64,000 bases of DNA. It comes from an uncultured delta proteobacterium (lineage in GTDB: Bacteria > Desulfobacterota > Desulfuromonadia > Geobacterales > DSM-12255). Both the position numbers and the translations under genes were made by a program. The stretch lies in NCBI GenBank assembly GCA_963787125.1, contig CAWBBV010000016.1, positions 32,001-96,000 on the forward strand. Direction: 5' to 3'. Below the pieces are notes generated by a model, which saw only the letters and a program-made list of their open reading frames with translations, was not told the DNA's origin and did not search any database. Below, piece after piece: positions 37,584 through 48,358 of this stretch (positions are counted from its first letter, which is position 1; each line of letters starts with the position of its first letter).

Positions 37584-38928
37584 AAAAAGCTTCCAACGCC
37601 TTCTCTCCCACATGAGACGCTTTCACACTCCACTTTCCCTGATTCACCACCAGCGCCACCAGCGCTATCTGCGGGTCCTCCATCGGCGCATAGGCAGCAA
37701 ACCAGCTGTACTGCCCATCCGGATCTTTACCGTCTATTGAGCCGGTTTTTGCAGCGATGTTCAGCTTCGCCAGGAGCGCCCTGCCTCTGCGGTCGTGAAA
37801 TGCGCGCCGTGAAGTCCCTTTGTTCACCGTAGTCGAGAGTGTCTTGGCCAGTTTCAGTGAAGTCTCCTCGGAAAGCAGCCGACGGAGTTCAAGTGGTGCC
37901 GCCGAAAAAAGTAACTCGCCGGTACCGCTGGTTACCTTGTCAGCCAACAGCGGAGTCATCATGAGGCCGCGATTTGCCACAGCCCCCATGAGTGCGGCGG
38001 CGTGAATCGGCGAGATCTTGACCTCGCGGCCAAGTCCGGCGCCCATAAGCTTGAGCTCTGCATCATTCTGAGGAGAGACAGTTGTACTCTGGACAATTGA
38101 AGTGCCTGGAAAGAGTGCCTGATTAAAACCGAATTTATTCGCCTCCAGCAGCAGTTGTTCCTTCCCCACATAAGAGCTGGCAATCCGCCCGAATATCGGA
38201 TTGACCGATTTTCCCATGGCATCAGTCACGGTCATCTCCGGACTGCGGCGGCCGCGTGGATCCCAGTAGCGCGGATTTACCGAAGTCAGTTTCCCGTTGA
38301 AGGCGATGACCGTATCAGGGGTAACTTTATTCTGTTCAAGAGCCGCAGAGGCGGTAATGATCTTAAAGAGCGACGCCATGGGGTAGATCTGGTAGCAGGC
38401 TTTTTTCTGCCACTCTCTGTCAACAGTTGAATGGCTGACCATGCCGAGTACCCTGCCGCTCTTCGGCTCAATTGCGACCAAAACAGCATAAGGAACCCGT
38501 CTCTCAGCCAGATAGTGCGAAACCCTCTCCTGCAGCACCGGGTCAAGATTGTAGAGCACCGAGCCACCATCCGGCAAGGATGATTCCAGCTTGTCGCCGA
38601 CCACCCGCGCTGAAGGAATAAGGTCTGCTGAAAACTGCAACGACTGGAACCGGTCGAGGGGTAGGAGTTTTGGAATCGCCGGAACAGACGGTTTTGCGTC
38701 AGCTTTCTGCACTGGTGAAAGCTGTGCAAATATGGGGGAGATGAGGTTGTAGAGCGGCCACAGCGCCAGAACAACGGCAATAACCGGCAGGAGTACCCGG
38801 AGACGATGCTTCTTGCGCGGGGACTCGGCAAGTTGCCGTCTATGGTTGGCATTCCGGCTTTTACGCCCTTTCAAGAGTCGCTTCAGAAAGCTCTCTTTTG
38901 TTTTTGTGAGATGTTTGATATCCAGCAT
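37576..38928 (-). CDS. Penicillin-binding transpeptidase-domain protein
   Basis: One N-terminal TM; SLFK (SxxK), SVN and KTG motifs. Confidence 0.88.
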   Translation of the reverse strand: MLDIKHLTKTKESFLKRLLKGRKSRNANHRRQLAESPRKKHRLRVLLPVIAVVLALWPLYNLISPIFAQLSPVQKADAKPSVPAIPKLLPLDRFQSLQFSADLIPSARVVGDKLESSLPDGGSVLYNLDPVLQERVSHYLAERRVPYAVLVAIEPKSGRVLGMVSHSTVDREWQKKACYQIYPMASLFKIITASAALEQNKVTPDTVIAFNGKLTSVNPRYWDPRGRRSPEMTVTDAMGKSVNPIFGRIASSYVGKEQLLLEANKFGFNQALFPGTSIVQSTTVSPQNDAELKLMGAGLGREVKISPIHAAALMGAVANRGLMMTPLLADKVTSGTGELLFSAAPLELRRLLSEETSLKLAKTLSTTVNKGTSRRAFHDRRGRALLAKLNIAAKTGSIDGKDPDGQYSWFAAYAPMEDPQIALVALVVNQGKWSVKASHVGEKALEAFFR

Positions 38929-38985
38929 ATTGGTTGGCGCACTATATTTGAAAGGGGGGCGCTTGTCAATGAGCGGCGCAGCTCT

Positions 38986-40317
38986 TCAAGAAGCTAACTT
39001 CACTACAACCTCTTTCACGGAGATGCCGGCCAAGCGCTCAGAGCTGTCCCGCTCCGCCTTTGCAAGAAGATCCGCAAAATATGATTCGCCGCTTGTCAAA
39101 GATTGTGGTTGCCATCCGCCCGAAGATTCGCGTAGAGCGTTAAGAACTTCGCTGACCATTATATGTTCAGGCTCTCTGGCCAGTCTATAGACAGGAATAG
39201 TATCATTAGTGGCGGCGATAAAACCGTCAGTCAGCAGCTTGTCGAGCAGCTCCTTAAGAGTTCTCTCCGGTAGATCGAAAGTCTCGCCAAGCTGTTCGCA
39301 TGTCCACCCTTGCGCACCTCTGGCAGCGGCCAGGGCCATATCCTGCAAAATGGCCAGTGACACCAGTTCACGCACTTTCTGATTGACTGGGCCGCTTCTG
39401 ATTTCTCTTTTCAGCGACTTGATATTTTGATGGGCGTGCACGACCTCAACGCCAAAGAGGAGAATCAGCCAACTGACATATATCCAGATCATGAATGTGG
39501 GCAACGCCGCCATGGTCCCGTAGATAGCATTATTTTTGGCAACGCCGAACTGGAAATGGACATACAACCACTGGGCGAGCTGCCAAAGGGTGCCGGCCAG
39601 AAAAGCCCCTGCGAATGCGGATCCAGTGCGGACTTTCGTGTTTGGCACGAGCTTATAGAGAAAAGCAAGGGCAAGGCAGACAACCAGGTACGGAATAAGA
39701 TGCAGTAAATACGGCAGAATATCACCCAAGTGCGATGTCGCCAGGAACCAGTGGAATATTGACTGCCCCTCAAGAAAAGTCGTCATGCTCAGAGCGGTAA
39801 ATATCAGAATCGGCATACTGATAATGAGGATTATGTAACCGCCAATCTTATTATTAAGGGCTCGAGTCTCCTTGACAACCCATATTTCGTTGAATGAACC
39901 CTCAACGCTATCCAGCAGCATTATGACAGTGAAAACAAGGCCGGCAAAGCCGAAGCTCCCCAACGAAGTCATATTGGTATTGTCGATGTATCTGATGAGT
40001 CTGACAGCTACATCCTGAGATCCGGCAGAGAGCTGTTCGAGTAGAAACGGGGCAACCTGATTCTGAACCCCAAGACCTTTAAGCACCGAGAAAAGAATTG
40101 CCAAAAAAGGGATCAGGGAAAGCAGGGTTGTGAAGGCAAGGGCGGATGCGCGCAAAAATGACTGATTACGCCATGAATTGCGCAAGACAATGACAAGGAA
40201 CTGGAGAAAGATCAGCCGATAGCGACGCAAACCATTGCAATTTTCCGGCACTGCTTCCCAGAGAGTTTTCTCGAAATAGTTCTTGATCGATTTTATTGTT
40301 GTTTTTTCAGCAAGCAT
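38986..40317 (-). CDS. YihY/BrkB-family membrane protein with C-terminal wHTH
   Basis: RASALAFTTLLSLIPFL, FNEIW, IYGTMAALP...WIYVSW. Start placed after the upstream terminator. Confidence 0.88.
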   Translation of the reverse strand: MLAEKTTIKSIKNYFEKTLWEAVPENCNGLRRYRLIFLQFLVIVLRNSWRNQSFLRASALAFTTLLSLIPFLAILFSVLKGLGVQNQVAPFLLEQLSAGSQDVAVRLIRYIDNTNMTSLGSFGFAGLVFTVIMLLDSVEGSFNEIWVVKETRALNNKIGGYIILIISMPILIFTALSMTTFLEGQSIFHWFLATSHLGDILPYLLHLIPYLVVCLALAFLYKLVPNTKVRTGSAFAGAFLAGTLWQLAQWLYVHFQFGVAKNNAIYGTMAALPTFMIWIYVSWLILLFGVEVVHAHQNIKSLKREIRSGPVNQKVRELVSLAILQDMALAAARGAQGWTCEQLGETFDLPERTLKELLDKLLTDGFIAATNDTIPVYRLAREPEHIMVSEVLNALRESSGGWQPQSLTSGESYFADLLAKAERDSSERLAGISVKEVVVKLAS

Positions 40318-40328
40318 CAATAAAGTCC

Positions 40329-40360
40329 AAAAAAAGGGGCGCACGTCGTGCACCCCTTTT
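40329..40360 (-). terminator. Intrinsic terminator after the YtxH gene
   Basis: Minus strand AAAAGGGGTGCACGACGTGCGCCCCTTTTTTT. Confidence 0.75.
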
Positions 40361-40395
40361 GCGGTTAACAGCTTAGATTAAAAAGGCGCAGACGG

Positions 40396-40710
40396 TCAGA
40401 TACTTTTCAGTTTCTCTTTTTCCCGCTCAATCGCCTCTTTTCCTGCTTCTATAGCGGAAGTCAGTATGCTTTTCTTCTCGTTGATAATATCTTTGCCATC
40501 TTCAATGGTAGACTTTATCTTTTCCTGTGCTTCGCTGGTGTACTCCTTGATTTTGTCGATTGCATCATCGGCAAGGCCCTTGATCTTACCGCGAATCTCT
40601 TCGCCAGTCTTGGGCGCAACCAGAAGGGCTACCCCGGCGCCGACAGCTGCCCCGGCAAGAAACGAGAGAATTACTGCGCCTGCACCTGCTCCATTATCAT
40701 TATCAGACAT
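40396..40710 (-). CDS. YtxH domain protein
   Basis: FLAGAAVGAGVALLVAPKTGEEIR. Confidence 0.9.
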   Translation of the reverse strand: MSDNDNGAGAGAVILSFLAGAAVGAGVALLVAPKTGEEIRGKIKGLADDAIDKIKEYTSEAQEKIKSTIEDGKDIINEKKSILTSAIEAGKEAIEREKEKLKSI

Positions 40711-40716
40711 AACTAT

Positions 40717-41106
40717 TTACCTCCTTTTTTTGGTAAATCTATCCAACACAAATGTACCGGCTACCTTTGCTCCAGTGACCCATAATGACGACTTTGTCAG
40801 TACGTTTGCGGCACTGCCAACAACACCGCCAATTGTTCTGAGCCCTCTACCTGTCTCACCAATGACACTCATAAAGTTTTTTACGTCCTCTACTTTGTCG
40901 GCGGCTCCAGCCGTTATCACATTCAGGTCAGCCAAAACATCTTGCAACTCCTTGATAGTCGGCACTATCTCCGTGTCAAGCTTTACCGTCAGCTCCCTGA
41001 CAGCAACAGCAGCGGCTTTCAGCTCCCGAATCAGCGGGATGAGTGCGACAACCAGCGCAACAGCGGCAATCGCAACCACAAGCGCTGCAATATTAATAAT
41101 TATCAT
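40717..41106 (-). CDS. DUF948 (YoxC-like) protein
   Basis: N-terminal TM plus coiled coil, in the usual pairing with YtxH. Confidence 0.75.
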   Translation of the reverse strand: MIIINIAALVVAIAAVALVVALIPLIRELKAAAVAVRELTVKLDTEIVPTIKELQDVLADLNVITAGAADKVEDVKNFMSVIGETGRGLRTIGGVVGSAANVLTKSSLWVTGAKVAGTFVLDRFTKKRR

Positions 41107-41214
41107 GATAGAGGCCTCCGACTTTTTCTGGAAAATCCAGTCAGGTTAGAATTATATCTTTATTCCACTGTAATGCAACTTTTAGCCAGGGAAAAGTTAT
41201 CATGCTGATTAAAC

Positions 41215-41403
41215 TCATGATTTTTTTTCATCATCCTCTTTACCTGACTTGATAACGATCTCTTCCTTGCCGTCTGAAGCACGCTTGAAATTTCTGATGC
41301 TCTTGCCGAGTGCGCCACCTATTTCCGGCAACTTGCCTGCGCCAAAAACTACCAGTACTATCACCAGAACAACTATCATCTCCGGCATGCCGAATCCAAA
41401 CAT
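41215..41403 (-). CDS. tatA: Twin-arginine translocase TatA/E
   Basis: MFGFGMPE...[22 protein letters not shown]. Confidence 0.93.
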   Translation of the reverse strand: MFGFGMPEMIVVLVIVLVVFGAGKLPEIGGALGKSIRNFKRASDGKEEIVIKSGKEDDEKKS

Positions 41404-41515
41404 AAATCCCCCCATCTGCATCATTGAAGCCAAGTCTGGCAATAATACACTCAGGTGAGAAAAAATCAAGCTGACTTCGCATTACAAAGCTTTCCGTTCA
41501 TGCTATAAATCATCT

Positions 41516-43510
41516 ATGCCAATATTCACCCTGAAATCCGACTATCAACCGCGTGGTGACCAGCCGCAGGCGATCTCTGAACTCGTCGCCGGGCTGCGGC
41601 GCGGAGACAGGCACCAGGTTCTGCTGGGGGTGACCGGCTCCGGCAAGACCTTCACCATGGCCAATGTCATCGCGGCAACTGATCGCCCGGCCCTCATTCT
41701 TGCCCCCAACAAGACCCTTGCAGCCCAGCTCTACGGCGAGTTCAAAGAGCTTTTCCCTGACAATGCCGTGGAATATTTTGTCTCCTATTACGATTACTAC
41801 CAACCCGAAGCCTATATCCCGACAACAGATACTTTTATTGAAAAAGATTCCGCCATAAACGACGAGATCGACAAACTGCGCCACTCGGCAACCCGAAGTC
41901 TTTTGACGAGGCACGACGTCATCATAGTCGCGTCGGTCTCCTGTATCTACGGCATCGGCTCACCGGCTGAATACGAGGCGATGCATATTTTTTTCAATCT
42001 GGGCGATGATTACGGCAGAGACAATCTCCTTCGCAAACTGGTTGAAATCCAGTACGAACGGAATGATGTTGATTTTCATCGCGGCACGTTCCGGGTTCGC
42101 GGTGACAATATCGAAATCTTTCCTGCCCACGATGACGAGAAGGCGATCAGGGTCGAATTTTTTGGTGATAACATCGAATCAATCTGCGAAATCGATCCAC
42201 TGCGGGGCATCATCCTCAATCGTATCACAAAATGTGCAATCTACCCGGCGTCACACTATGTTGCCACCAAGGAGACGCTCGAACGCGCCATTGAAGAGAT
42301 CAGAAATGACCTGCGAGAGCGCCTGCAGTGGTTCCGCGCCGAAAATATGCTGGTGGAAGCGCAGCGACTGGAACAGCGGGTCATGTTTGACCTGGAGATG
42401 ATGGAAGAGATGGGGTTTTGTCAGGGGATTGAAAACTACTCCCGCTACTTTGACAACAGAGAGGTGGGGGAGCCGCCATTCACTTTGATTGACTACTTTC
42501 CCGCTGATTTCATCCTTTTTGTGGATGAATCCCACATCACCAATTCCCAGGTCGGCGCTATGTACCGGGGAGACAGAAGCCGGAAAGATACTCTTGTCAA
42601 CTTCGGCTTCCGCCTGCCGGCAGCCCTTGACAACCGCCCGCTTAACTTCACCGAATTTGAAGCAAAACTGCGGCAGACAATTCATGTCTCTGCCACTCCG
42701 GCTGATTATGAGCTGCAGCAGGCAGAGGGGGTGGTGGTTGAACAGGTGATTCGTCCTACCGGGCTCCTCGACCCTATGATTGAGGTTCGCCCGGCCACCC
42801 TGCAGGTCGATGACCTTTTGCTGGAAATCCGTAAGACTGTTGAAAAAGGAGAGCGGATTCTGGTCACCACCCTCACAAAACGGATGTCTGAAGAGCTGAC
42901 AGAGTACTACCGGAACATCGGTGTCCGGGTAAAATATCTCCACTCGGACATTGACACCATCCAGAGGATGGAGATCATCCGCTCACTGCGACTGGGTGAA
43001 TTTGACGTCCTTGTGGGAATAAACCTGCTCAGGGAGGGGCTCGATCTACCAGAAGTCTCTCTGGTAGCCATCATGGATGCCGACAAGGAAGGGTTCCTCC
43101 GCTCACAGCGCTCCCTGATCCAGACCTGCGGCAGAGCCGCCAGAAATATAAACGGTCGGGTGATCATGTACGCCGACATCATTACCCGTTCCATGCAGGC
43201 GTGCCTTGATGAGACAAACAGGCGCAGGAAACTGCAGGAAGAATACAACCGCGCCAACAACATTACCCCCCGGACTGTACGCAAAGGGATTCGCACCATC
43301 CTTGAATCAATTGAGGAAAAGGATTACTACGAACTGCCACTTGCGGCTGAAGCGCAGGAAGAGTATCTGCCTCCAAAAGAACTTGCCCGACTGGTTAAAA
43401 AACTGCGTAAAGAGATGCTGGATGCAGCCAAGGAGCTTGATTTTGAGAAAGCAGCGGCTTTGCGTGATCGGGTTCGCAAGCTGGAATCTATGGAGTTGAA
43501 GCTTCGATGA
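41516..43510 (+). CDS. uvrB: Excinuclease ABC subunit B
   Basis: [33 protein letters not shown]-terminal UVR domain. Confidence 0.99.
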   Translation: MPIFTLKSDYQPRGDQPQAISELVAGLRRGDRHQVLLGVTGSGKTFTMANVIAATDRPALILAPNKTLAAQLYGEFKELFPDNAVEYFVSYYDYYQPEAYIPTTDTFIEKDSAINDEIDKLRHSATRSLLTRHDVIIVASVSCIYGIGSPAEYEAMHIFFNLGDDYGRDNLLRKLVEIQYERNDVDFHRGTFRVRGDNIEIFPAHDDEKAIRVEFFGDNIESICEIDPLRGIILNRITKCAIYPASHYVATKETLERAIEEIRNDLRERLQWFRAENMLVEAQRLEQRVMFDLEMMEEMGFCQGIENYSRYFDNREVGEPPFTLIDYFPADFILFVDESHITNSQVGAMYRGDRSRKDTLVNFGFRLPAALDNRPLNFTEFEAKLRQTIHVSATPADYELQQAEGVVVEQVIRPTGLLDPMIEVRPATLQVDDLLLEIRKTVEKGERILVTTLTKRMSEELTEYYRNIGVRVKYLHSDIDTIQRMEIIRSLRLGEFDVLVGINLLREGLDLPEVSLVAIMDADKEGFLRSQRSLIQTCGRAARNINGRVIMYADIITRSMQACLDETNRRRKLQEEYNRANNITPRTVRKGIRTILESIEEKDYYELPLAAEAQEEYLPPKELARLVKKLRKEMLDAAKELDFEKAAALRDRVRKLESMELKLR

Positions 43511-44253
43511 AAACCGAGTCTTTAAACCTGAAAAGGCTCCTGGTACCGATTATAAATCTGTTTTTCCCGCCAGTTTGTCATCTCTGCAAGGAGTTCATTC
43601 CGGACGCAGGCGAGGTGAAGCTCTGCTTGAGCTGCCTGGCTAAAGCACCGCCGCTGGCGTCCCCCAAATGCTACTGCTGCAGTCAGCCGTTTGCAACGGT
43701 TGGCGGAATTGACCACCTCTGCGGCCTCTGCAGCGCTGACCCGCCCCCCTTTTCTACCGCCCGTGCCCCTCTTCTCTTTCAAGACACCACCAGAGAGCTT
43801 ATCCACCAGTTCAAATACGGCAAAAGAGTTATGCTCCGCAAACCGCTTGGCCTCCTTGCCGCAGCTTATCTGGACAATTTTGCCGGCGAATTCGGCGCGG
43901 ACCTTATTCTGCCCGTGCCGCTGCATGTCAAAAGACTCCGGCAGCGAGGCTTTAATCAGGCGATTCTGCTGGGAGAGATTTTTTCCAAAAGATGGGGGGT
44001 GGCGCTGTCAAGGAACAATCTGAGGAGGACAAGATGGACGGAACCACAGGTGAATCTGGGGGCAGCAGAGCGGGCAGCCAATGTAAAAGGGGCATTTGCG
44101 ATTACGGCTACGACGGAAATAGCCGGCAAGAAAATTTTTCTGGTTGACGATGTCTACACAACCGGCAGCACAGCCAAAGAGTGCTGCCGCATTCTTATGA
44201 AAGCGGGCGCTGCCGAAGTAGCGGTGCTGACGATTGCCAGAAGCGCAAGCTGA
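43507..44253 (+). CDS. comF: ComF-family protein
   Basis: Double zinc ribbon, PVPLH...[17 protein letters not shown]. Confidence 0.9.
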   Translation: MKTESLNLKRLLVPIINLFFPPVCHLCKEFIPDAGEVKLCLSCLAKAPPLASPKCYCCSQPFATVGGIDHLCGLCSADPPPFSTARAPLLFQDTTRELIHQFKYGKRVMLRKPLGLLAAAYLDNFAGEFGADLILPVPLHVKRLRQRGFNQAILLGEIFSKRWGVALSRNNLRRTRWTEPQVNLGAAERAANVKGAFAITATTEIAGKKIFLVDDVYTTGSTAKECCRILMKAGAAEVAVLTIARSAS

Positions 44254-44277
44254 TACTTTGCTGGTGCTACTTCAGCC

Positions 44278-44835
44278 TTAATATACGCTAAGCACATTCG
44301 GCGATTTTACACCCTTGAAATCCACATAGTACACATCTACCTGCATTGAATTTCTGTTAATGTTGACAACAACAGTTCCCTTGGCATTAGCATTGGTTAC
44401 ATAGCTCGCGTAAGGATATTGGGTGTTATTGTAACTGATGAAAATAGCGGGGTTCTTGAATGCAGCGGTAATTGAAGTCGAATTAAGAACTACCTTACTG
44501 TTTGAGAACGGGTTCTTGTGTCCGTAAGAGTTTGAATTGGTTAAACCCTTTTCCCAGATCTCCAGAAGCGCGGCATTCAGGTAGGCAGAGTTGTACTTCC
44601 CTTTAACTTTGGCCGTTGTAGTATAGCGGTGCGCAAGGTCAAAATTGCCGTTTATGCCGGAGACTTCCTGATGAAGATATCTCATCATTGCTGTGAGCTT
44701 TACGATTTTAGCCCTCTCGATATACTTGCCCATTGTCAGCATCGCGACCGATGAAAGAATTGCAATTATTCCAATCGTAACGAGCAGTTCTACCAGGGTA
44801 AACCCGGCCTTCGCATAATTTCGGTTTCTGTTCAT
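44278..44835 (-). CDS. Type IV pilin/pseudopilin-like protein
   Basis: Prepilin site AG|FTLVELL with E5 and a hydrophobic helix. Confidence 0.85.
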   Translation of the reverse strand: MNRNRNYAKAGFTLVELLVTIGIIAILSSVAMLTMGKYIERAKIVKLTAMMRYLHQEVSGINGNFDLAHRYTTTAKVKGKYNSAYLNAALLEIWEKGLTNSNSYGHKNPFSNSKVVLNSTSITAAFKNPAIFISYNNTQYPYASYVTNANAKGTVVVNINRNSMQVDVYYVDFKGVKSPNVLSVY

Positions 44836-45536
44836 TGGATCACCTCCGGCGCGTTTTCCCCAACGACTCTCAATACCTTTAAGGGCGGGTCATGACGCTC
44901 AGGTGTCGGACATGAAATAATCCTTGCTGAACCTGCTGAACTGAATTTGTACGTTTCTCCACTGACAGGACAAAGCAGCTCAGGTTTACTCGAAATTTTT
45001 CCCATAAAAAACAGCTGATATTCGACCAGATTCCCCATACAGAGAGCTGTGTCCCTTGGCTGCCCAGGGAATGGATCTGCTGCTTCCTTCAGAGGCCTAG
45101 TCAGTTTGAACATTGAGTACGCATTAAAGCCTATTACCCCAATGGCAAGCACAAGCACCAGAATCAAAAATACTGTTGCAGCTGTACTCCGTTTTTTTTC
45201 CATCTTTTTATGCACAACCCCTAGTTTGTCTTCGATAATACTCTGCTGAAGAACAGGGTCTGCAAGATGCAGGGTTTTTATGAGCCCTTGTAATTTCTCT
45301 CCAAACTTCTCAGTCTCATCCTCATCTAACCTGATAAAGGGCTTATTTGTGACCGACGGATTCATTTCCAGAAAGATAATTCCATCACAATCAGAGAGCT
45401 GCTCATCGCTGACTGAACGTTCATAGGCACAGATGGAGTAGGTAAGAGTTTTCAGCTGAATCTCTTTTTCCAGAAGTTCGTATAGTTTACTCCAAACTTC
45501 GCTGCCAGGATCCATCCCGACTACATTGATCTTCAT
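44832..45536 (-). CDS. Hypothetical single-TM protein with Cys-containing C-domain
   Basis: One TM (AATVFLILVLVLAIGVIGF); C-terminal C..NL...CPVSG.TY...ISCP..H. Confidence 0.6.
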   Translation of the reverse strand: MKINVVGMDPGSEVWSKLYELLEKEIQLKTLTYSICAYERSVSDEQLSDCDGIIFLEMNPSVTNKPFIRLDEDETEKFGEKLQGLIKTLHLADPVLQQSIIEDKLGVVHKKMEKKRSTAATVFLILVLVLAIGVIGFNAYSMFKLTRPLKEAADPFPGQPRDTALCMGNLVEYQLFFMGKISSKPELLCPVSGETYKFSSAGSARIISCPTPERHDPPLKVLRVVGENAPEVIQ

Positions 45537-45568
45537 AATTTCCTCTCCGTCGATGTAATATTAGAGCC

Positions 45569-47506
45569 TCACTTAATGCATACTCTCCGTATTTCATGGA
45601 TATCGGTCAACCCCTGCATCACCTTCAGGATTCCGTCTTGCTTAAGAGTTGTCATTCCGCCATCTATGGACTGCGCCCGGATAACATCTGTCGATACTTT
45701 GGCCTTTATGGAAATTTTCATGGCATCACTTGTCACCAGAAGTTCGTGGATGCCGAGTCTGCCCCTGTAGCCACTGGAATTGCAGTTATCACAACCACAA
45801 GCCTTTGCCAATTGCACTCTGTCTCGGTCTACACCAGACAAGGTAAATGCCTCGAAACCATATTCATTGACAAGCTCACTCCACTCATCGTCATCAGGGG
45901 TGTACTTTACTTTGCATTTATCGCAAAGCCTGCGCGTAAGGCGCTGGGCGAGGATGCAAAGGAGTGAATCGGCAAAGCCGAACGGATCTATTCCCATTTC
46001 CAGCAGACGGGTTAGTGTCTCAGGAGCAGAGTTCGTGTGCAGCGTTGAAAAGACAAGATGCCCTGTAAGAGATGATTCTACTGCGATGGCAGCGGTTTCT
46101 TCATCTCTCATCTCACCGACCATTATGACATCAGGATCGAGTCTCAGAAAAGATCGGAGAGCTGCTGCAAAGGTAAGTCCTATCCTGTGATTCACCTGGA
46201 CCTGTCGAAGACCCAGCTGTGTTATCTCCACAGGGTCTTCGACTGTCCAGATCTTAACTTTCGGAGTATTTATCGTGGCAATTGCCGAATGGAGAGTCGT
46301 AGTTTTTCCTGAACCAGTCGGGCCTACCACAAGAATCAGCCCATAAGGCTGATGGATGGCATTGTCAAACTCACGCAGATTTCGATCAGTCAAGCCGAGA
46401 TGCTTGTACTCAACCGGATCAGAGTTGTTCAAAAGCCTCAAGACCACATCCTCCATACCTCCGACGGTGGGCATGGTGGCAAGTCTCAATTCAATGTCTG
46501 CGGGTCCGAATTTCTTGAAATCTATCTTCCCATCCTGCGGTTTGCGTCTTTCCGAGATATCAAGATCAGCCATTATCTTGAGTCGTGACGGAATTGAGTA
46601 TTTGTACCTGGACGGAATCTTATCATAGACCTCACAGCAGCCATCAACTCTCATCCTGACGATCATATCCCCTTTTTCTGGTGACGGCTCGATATGAATA
46701 TCTGACGCCCGCCTGGTCCAGGCATCATAAATTATTTTATTGATCATTTTTGCAACCAGACTGTCCGTCTCGGTTACAACCCTGGTATCTTTCTCTTCTT
46801 CAGGGGCTTCCACCTCTCCCGCCACAAGCTCCTGTATCGAGTTAGCCAGAGTCGCTCTATTTCCTTTAACAGGAGTCGAGGTCACTTCAGGAGTCACTGT
46901 GGCGGAATAAAGCTGCTGTGTTTTAATAATCTCGTCTTCGGGGGCAATGACGATTTCCACCTTCAGCTTCAAATGGTCTTCAAGCCGAAGCAGCTCCTTC
47001 GGCTCTAAAGGCCTGGACATTGCGATGGTAACTTTCCGGCCATCAAGGGCAACCGGGACAAGCTTCCGATCACCGATCACAAAAGAGATGATGGATTTGG
47101 CAAGACCGATTTTGATGTCAGGAAGATTGCCGCTCAAGTGAATAAATGGAAGCCCGGAGTAGATAGAAATTGCCTTTGCAAGCGATTCCGAATTAAGGAA
47201 ATCCAGGTTAAGCAACACCTTGAAGAGTGAAATGTGCTCACTCAGACTCATATCGTAGGCAAGATCCAACTCATCATTGGTAACAAACTTGTAGTTAAGC
47301 AGGACTTCTCCAAATTTTTGCCGTCTTTCGTATTGATCAAGAGCCATTTGGAGGGCCGGCTCCTTCAGATAACCGAGACTGATGAGAATAGCGCCAAGCT
47401 TATCATTCGCTCTCGAGTCTCTCTGTATTGCGAGCGCTTCGTTTAGCTGCTCATCAGTAATCATCCTGAATTCAAGCAGGATTTCGCCCAACAGCCTCTG
47501 TTTCAT
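45569..47506 (-). CDS. GspE/PulE/PilB-family secretion ATPase with MshEN-like N-terminal repeats
   Basis: ASDIHIEP, GPTGSGKTTT, EDPVE, DPDVIMVGEMRD, GHLVFSTLHTN, tetracysteine motif. N-terminus has LLGEIL / KLGAIL / KFGEVL repeats. Confidence 0.93.
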   Translation of the reverse strand: MKQRLLGEILLEFRMITDEQLNEALAIQRDSRANDKLGAILISLGYLKEPALQMALDQYERRQKFGEVLLNYKFVTNDELDLAYDMSLSEHISLFKVLLNLDFLNSESLAKAISIYSGLPFIHLSGNLPDIKIGLAKSIISFVIGDRKLVPVALDGRKVTIAMSRPLEPKELLRLEDHLKLKVEIVIAPEDEIIKTQQLYSATVTPEVTSTPVKGNRATLANSIQELVAGEVEAPEEEKDTRVVTETDSLVAKMINKIIYDAWTRRASDIHIEPSPEKGDMIVRMRVDGCCEVYDKIPSRYKYSIPSRLKIMADLDISERRKPQDGKIDFKKFGPADIELRLATMPTVGGMEDVVLRLLNNSDPVEYKHLGLTDRNLREFDNAIHQPYGLILVVGPTGSGKTTTLHSAIATINTPKVKIWTVEDPVEITQLGLRQVQVNHRIGLTFAAALRSFLRLDPDVIMVGEMRDEETAAIAVESSLTGHLVFSTLHTNSAPETLTRLLEMGIDPFGFADSLLCILAQRLTRRLCDKCKVKYTPDDDEWSELVNEYGFEAFTLSGVDRDRVQLAKACGCDNCNSSGYRGRLGIHELLVTSDAMKISIKAKVSTDVIRAQSIDGGMTTLKQDGILKVMQGLTDIHEIRRVCIK

Positions 47507-47546
47507 CTCACTTTCCCTTTATGCACAAAATATTTATTCGCCATTA

Positions 47547-47927
47547 CTATAATTGCTGTGCTGATGCTTCAGGGGTATTCTCGTTGAGCCTCGCAAGCAT
47601 ATACTCGAAAGCGTTCACACGTGAAGCCATGACAACAATCTTCTGATCAGCCCGAGTCATGGTAAAGAGTTTTTGCACGTTGTCCCTGAGCCCGCAGCAA
47701 ACAAGTTTGCCTGAGCAGGCGGCCAAATCTCTGGCGGTGGAGATGCATAGTCCAAGGCCGGAGCTGTCGACGAAATCAACTCTGGAGAGGTCAAAAACTA
47801 TATAGATGTACTTTTTGTCAACAAGCTTCTGCACCTGGCTCTTAAGCTCCTCAAGTGTGCTTGCTACGAGACTCCCCACCAGTTTCAGAAAAATGATGTC
47901 ACTATCAACTTCAACTTTAATCTCCAT
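47547..47927 (-). CDS. STAS-domain anti-sigma factor antagonist
   Basis: DLSRVDFVDSSGLG. Confidence 0.92.
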   Translation of the reverse strand: MEIKVEVDSDIIFLKLVGSLVASTLEELKSQVQKLVDKKYIYIVFDLSRVDFVDSSGLGLCISTARDLAACSGKLVCCGLRDNVQKLFTMTRADQKIVVMASRVNAFEYMLARLNENTPEASAQQL

Positions 47928-47935
47928 AAGTCCCC

Positions 47936-48358
47936 CTATCTTTCTGTTGAAAATAGTTTTGCAACGACTGTAACATTCTTGCCATCCTGGAATTTATAAC
48001 TGAACTCATCTGAAAGCTGTTCTATGATTGCAAGCCCATAGCCACCCTCAGGAAGATCATCTTTTTCGTCAAAATCCGGCATTTTTGCTTTTCTGGCAGT
48101 CGGATCGAACGCCACCCCGTCAGTCTTCAGGGTAAACAGAGCCTTAGCAGCTTCCAGCTTGAGTTCACCTTCTATGCAGACGCAACGACCATGCTCAACA
48201 GCATTATTGACAAGCTCGCTGACAACCTGGCAAAACTCGTCAATCCTCGAGTCTTCACCTGAACCAAGCCTTATCGCAAGCTCTTCTTTAACTTTTTTAC
48301 GAATAATTTCGGTACTGCTGAACTCTGGCTTTATGGAGAACAGGACTTTATTTTCCAT
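47936..48358 (-). CDS. RsbW-like anti-sigma factor/serine kinase
   Basis: VSELVNNAVEHG, DGVAFDP, EGGYGLAII. Probable start at 48358. Confidence 0.88.
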   Translation of the reverse strand: MENKVLFSIKPEFSSTEIIRKKVKEELAIRLGSGEDSRIDEFCQVVSELVNNAVEHGRCVCIEGELKLEAAKALFTLKTDGVAFDPTARKAKMPDFDEKDDLPEGGYGLAIIEQLSDEFSYKFQDGKNVTVVAKLFSTER

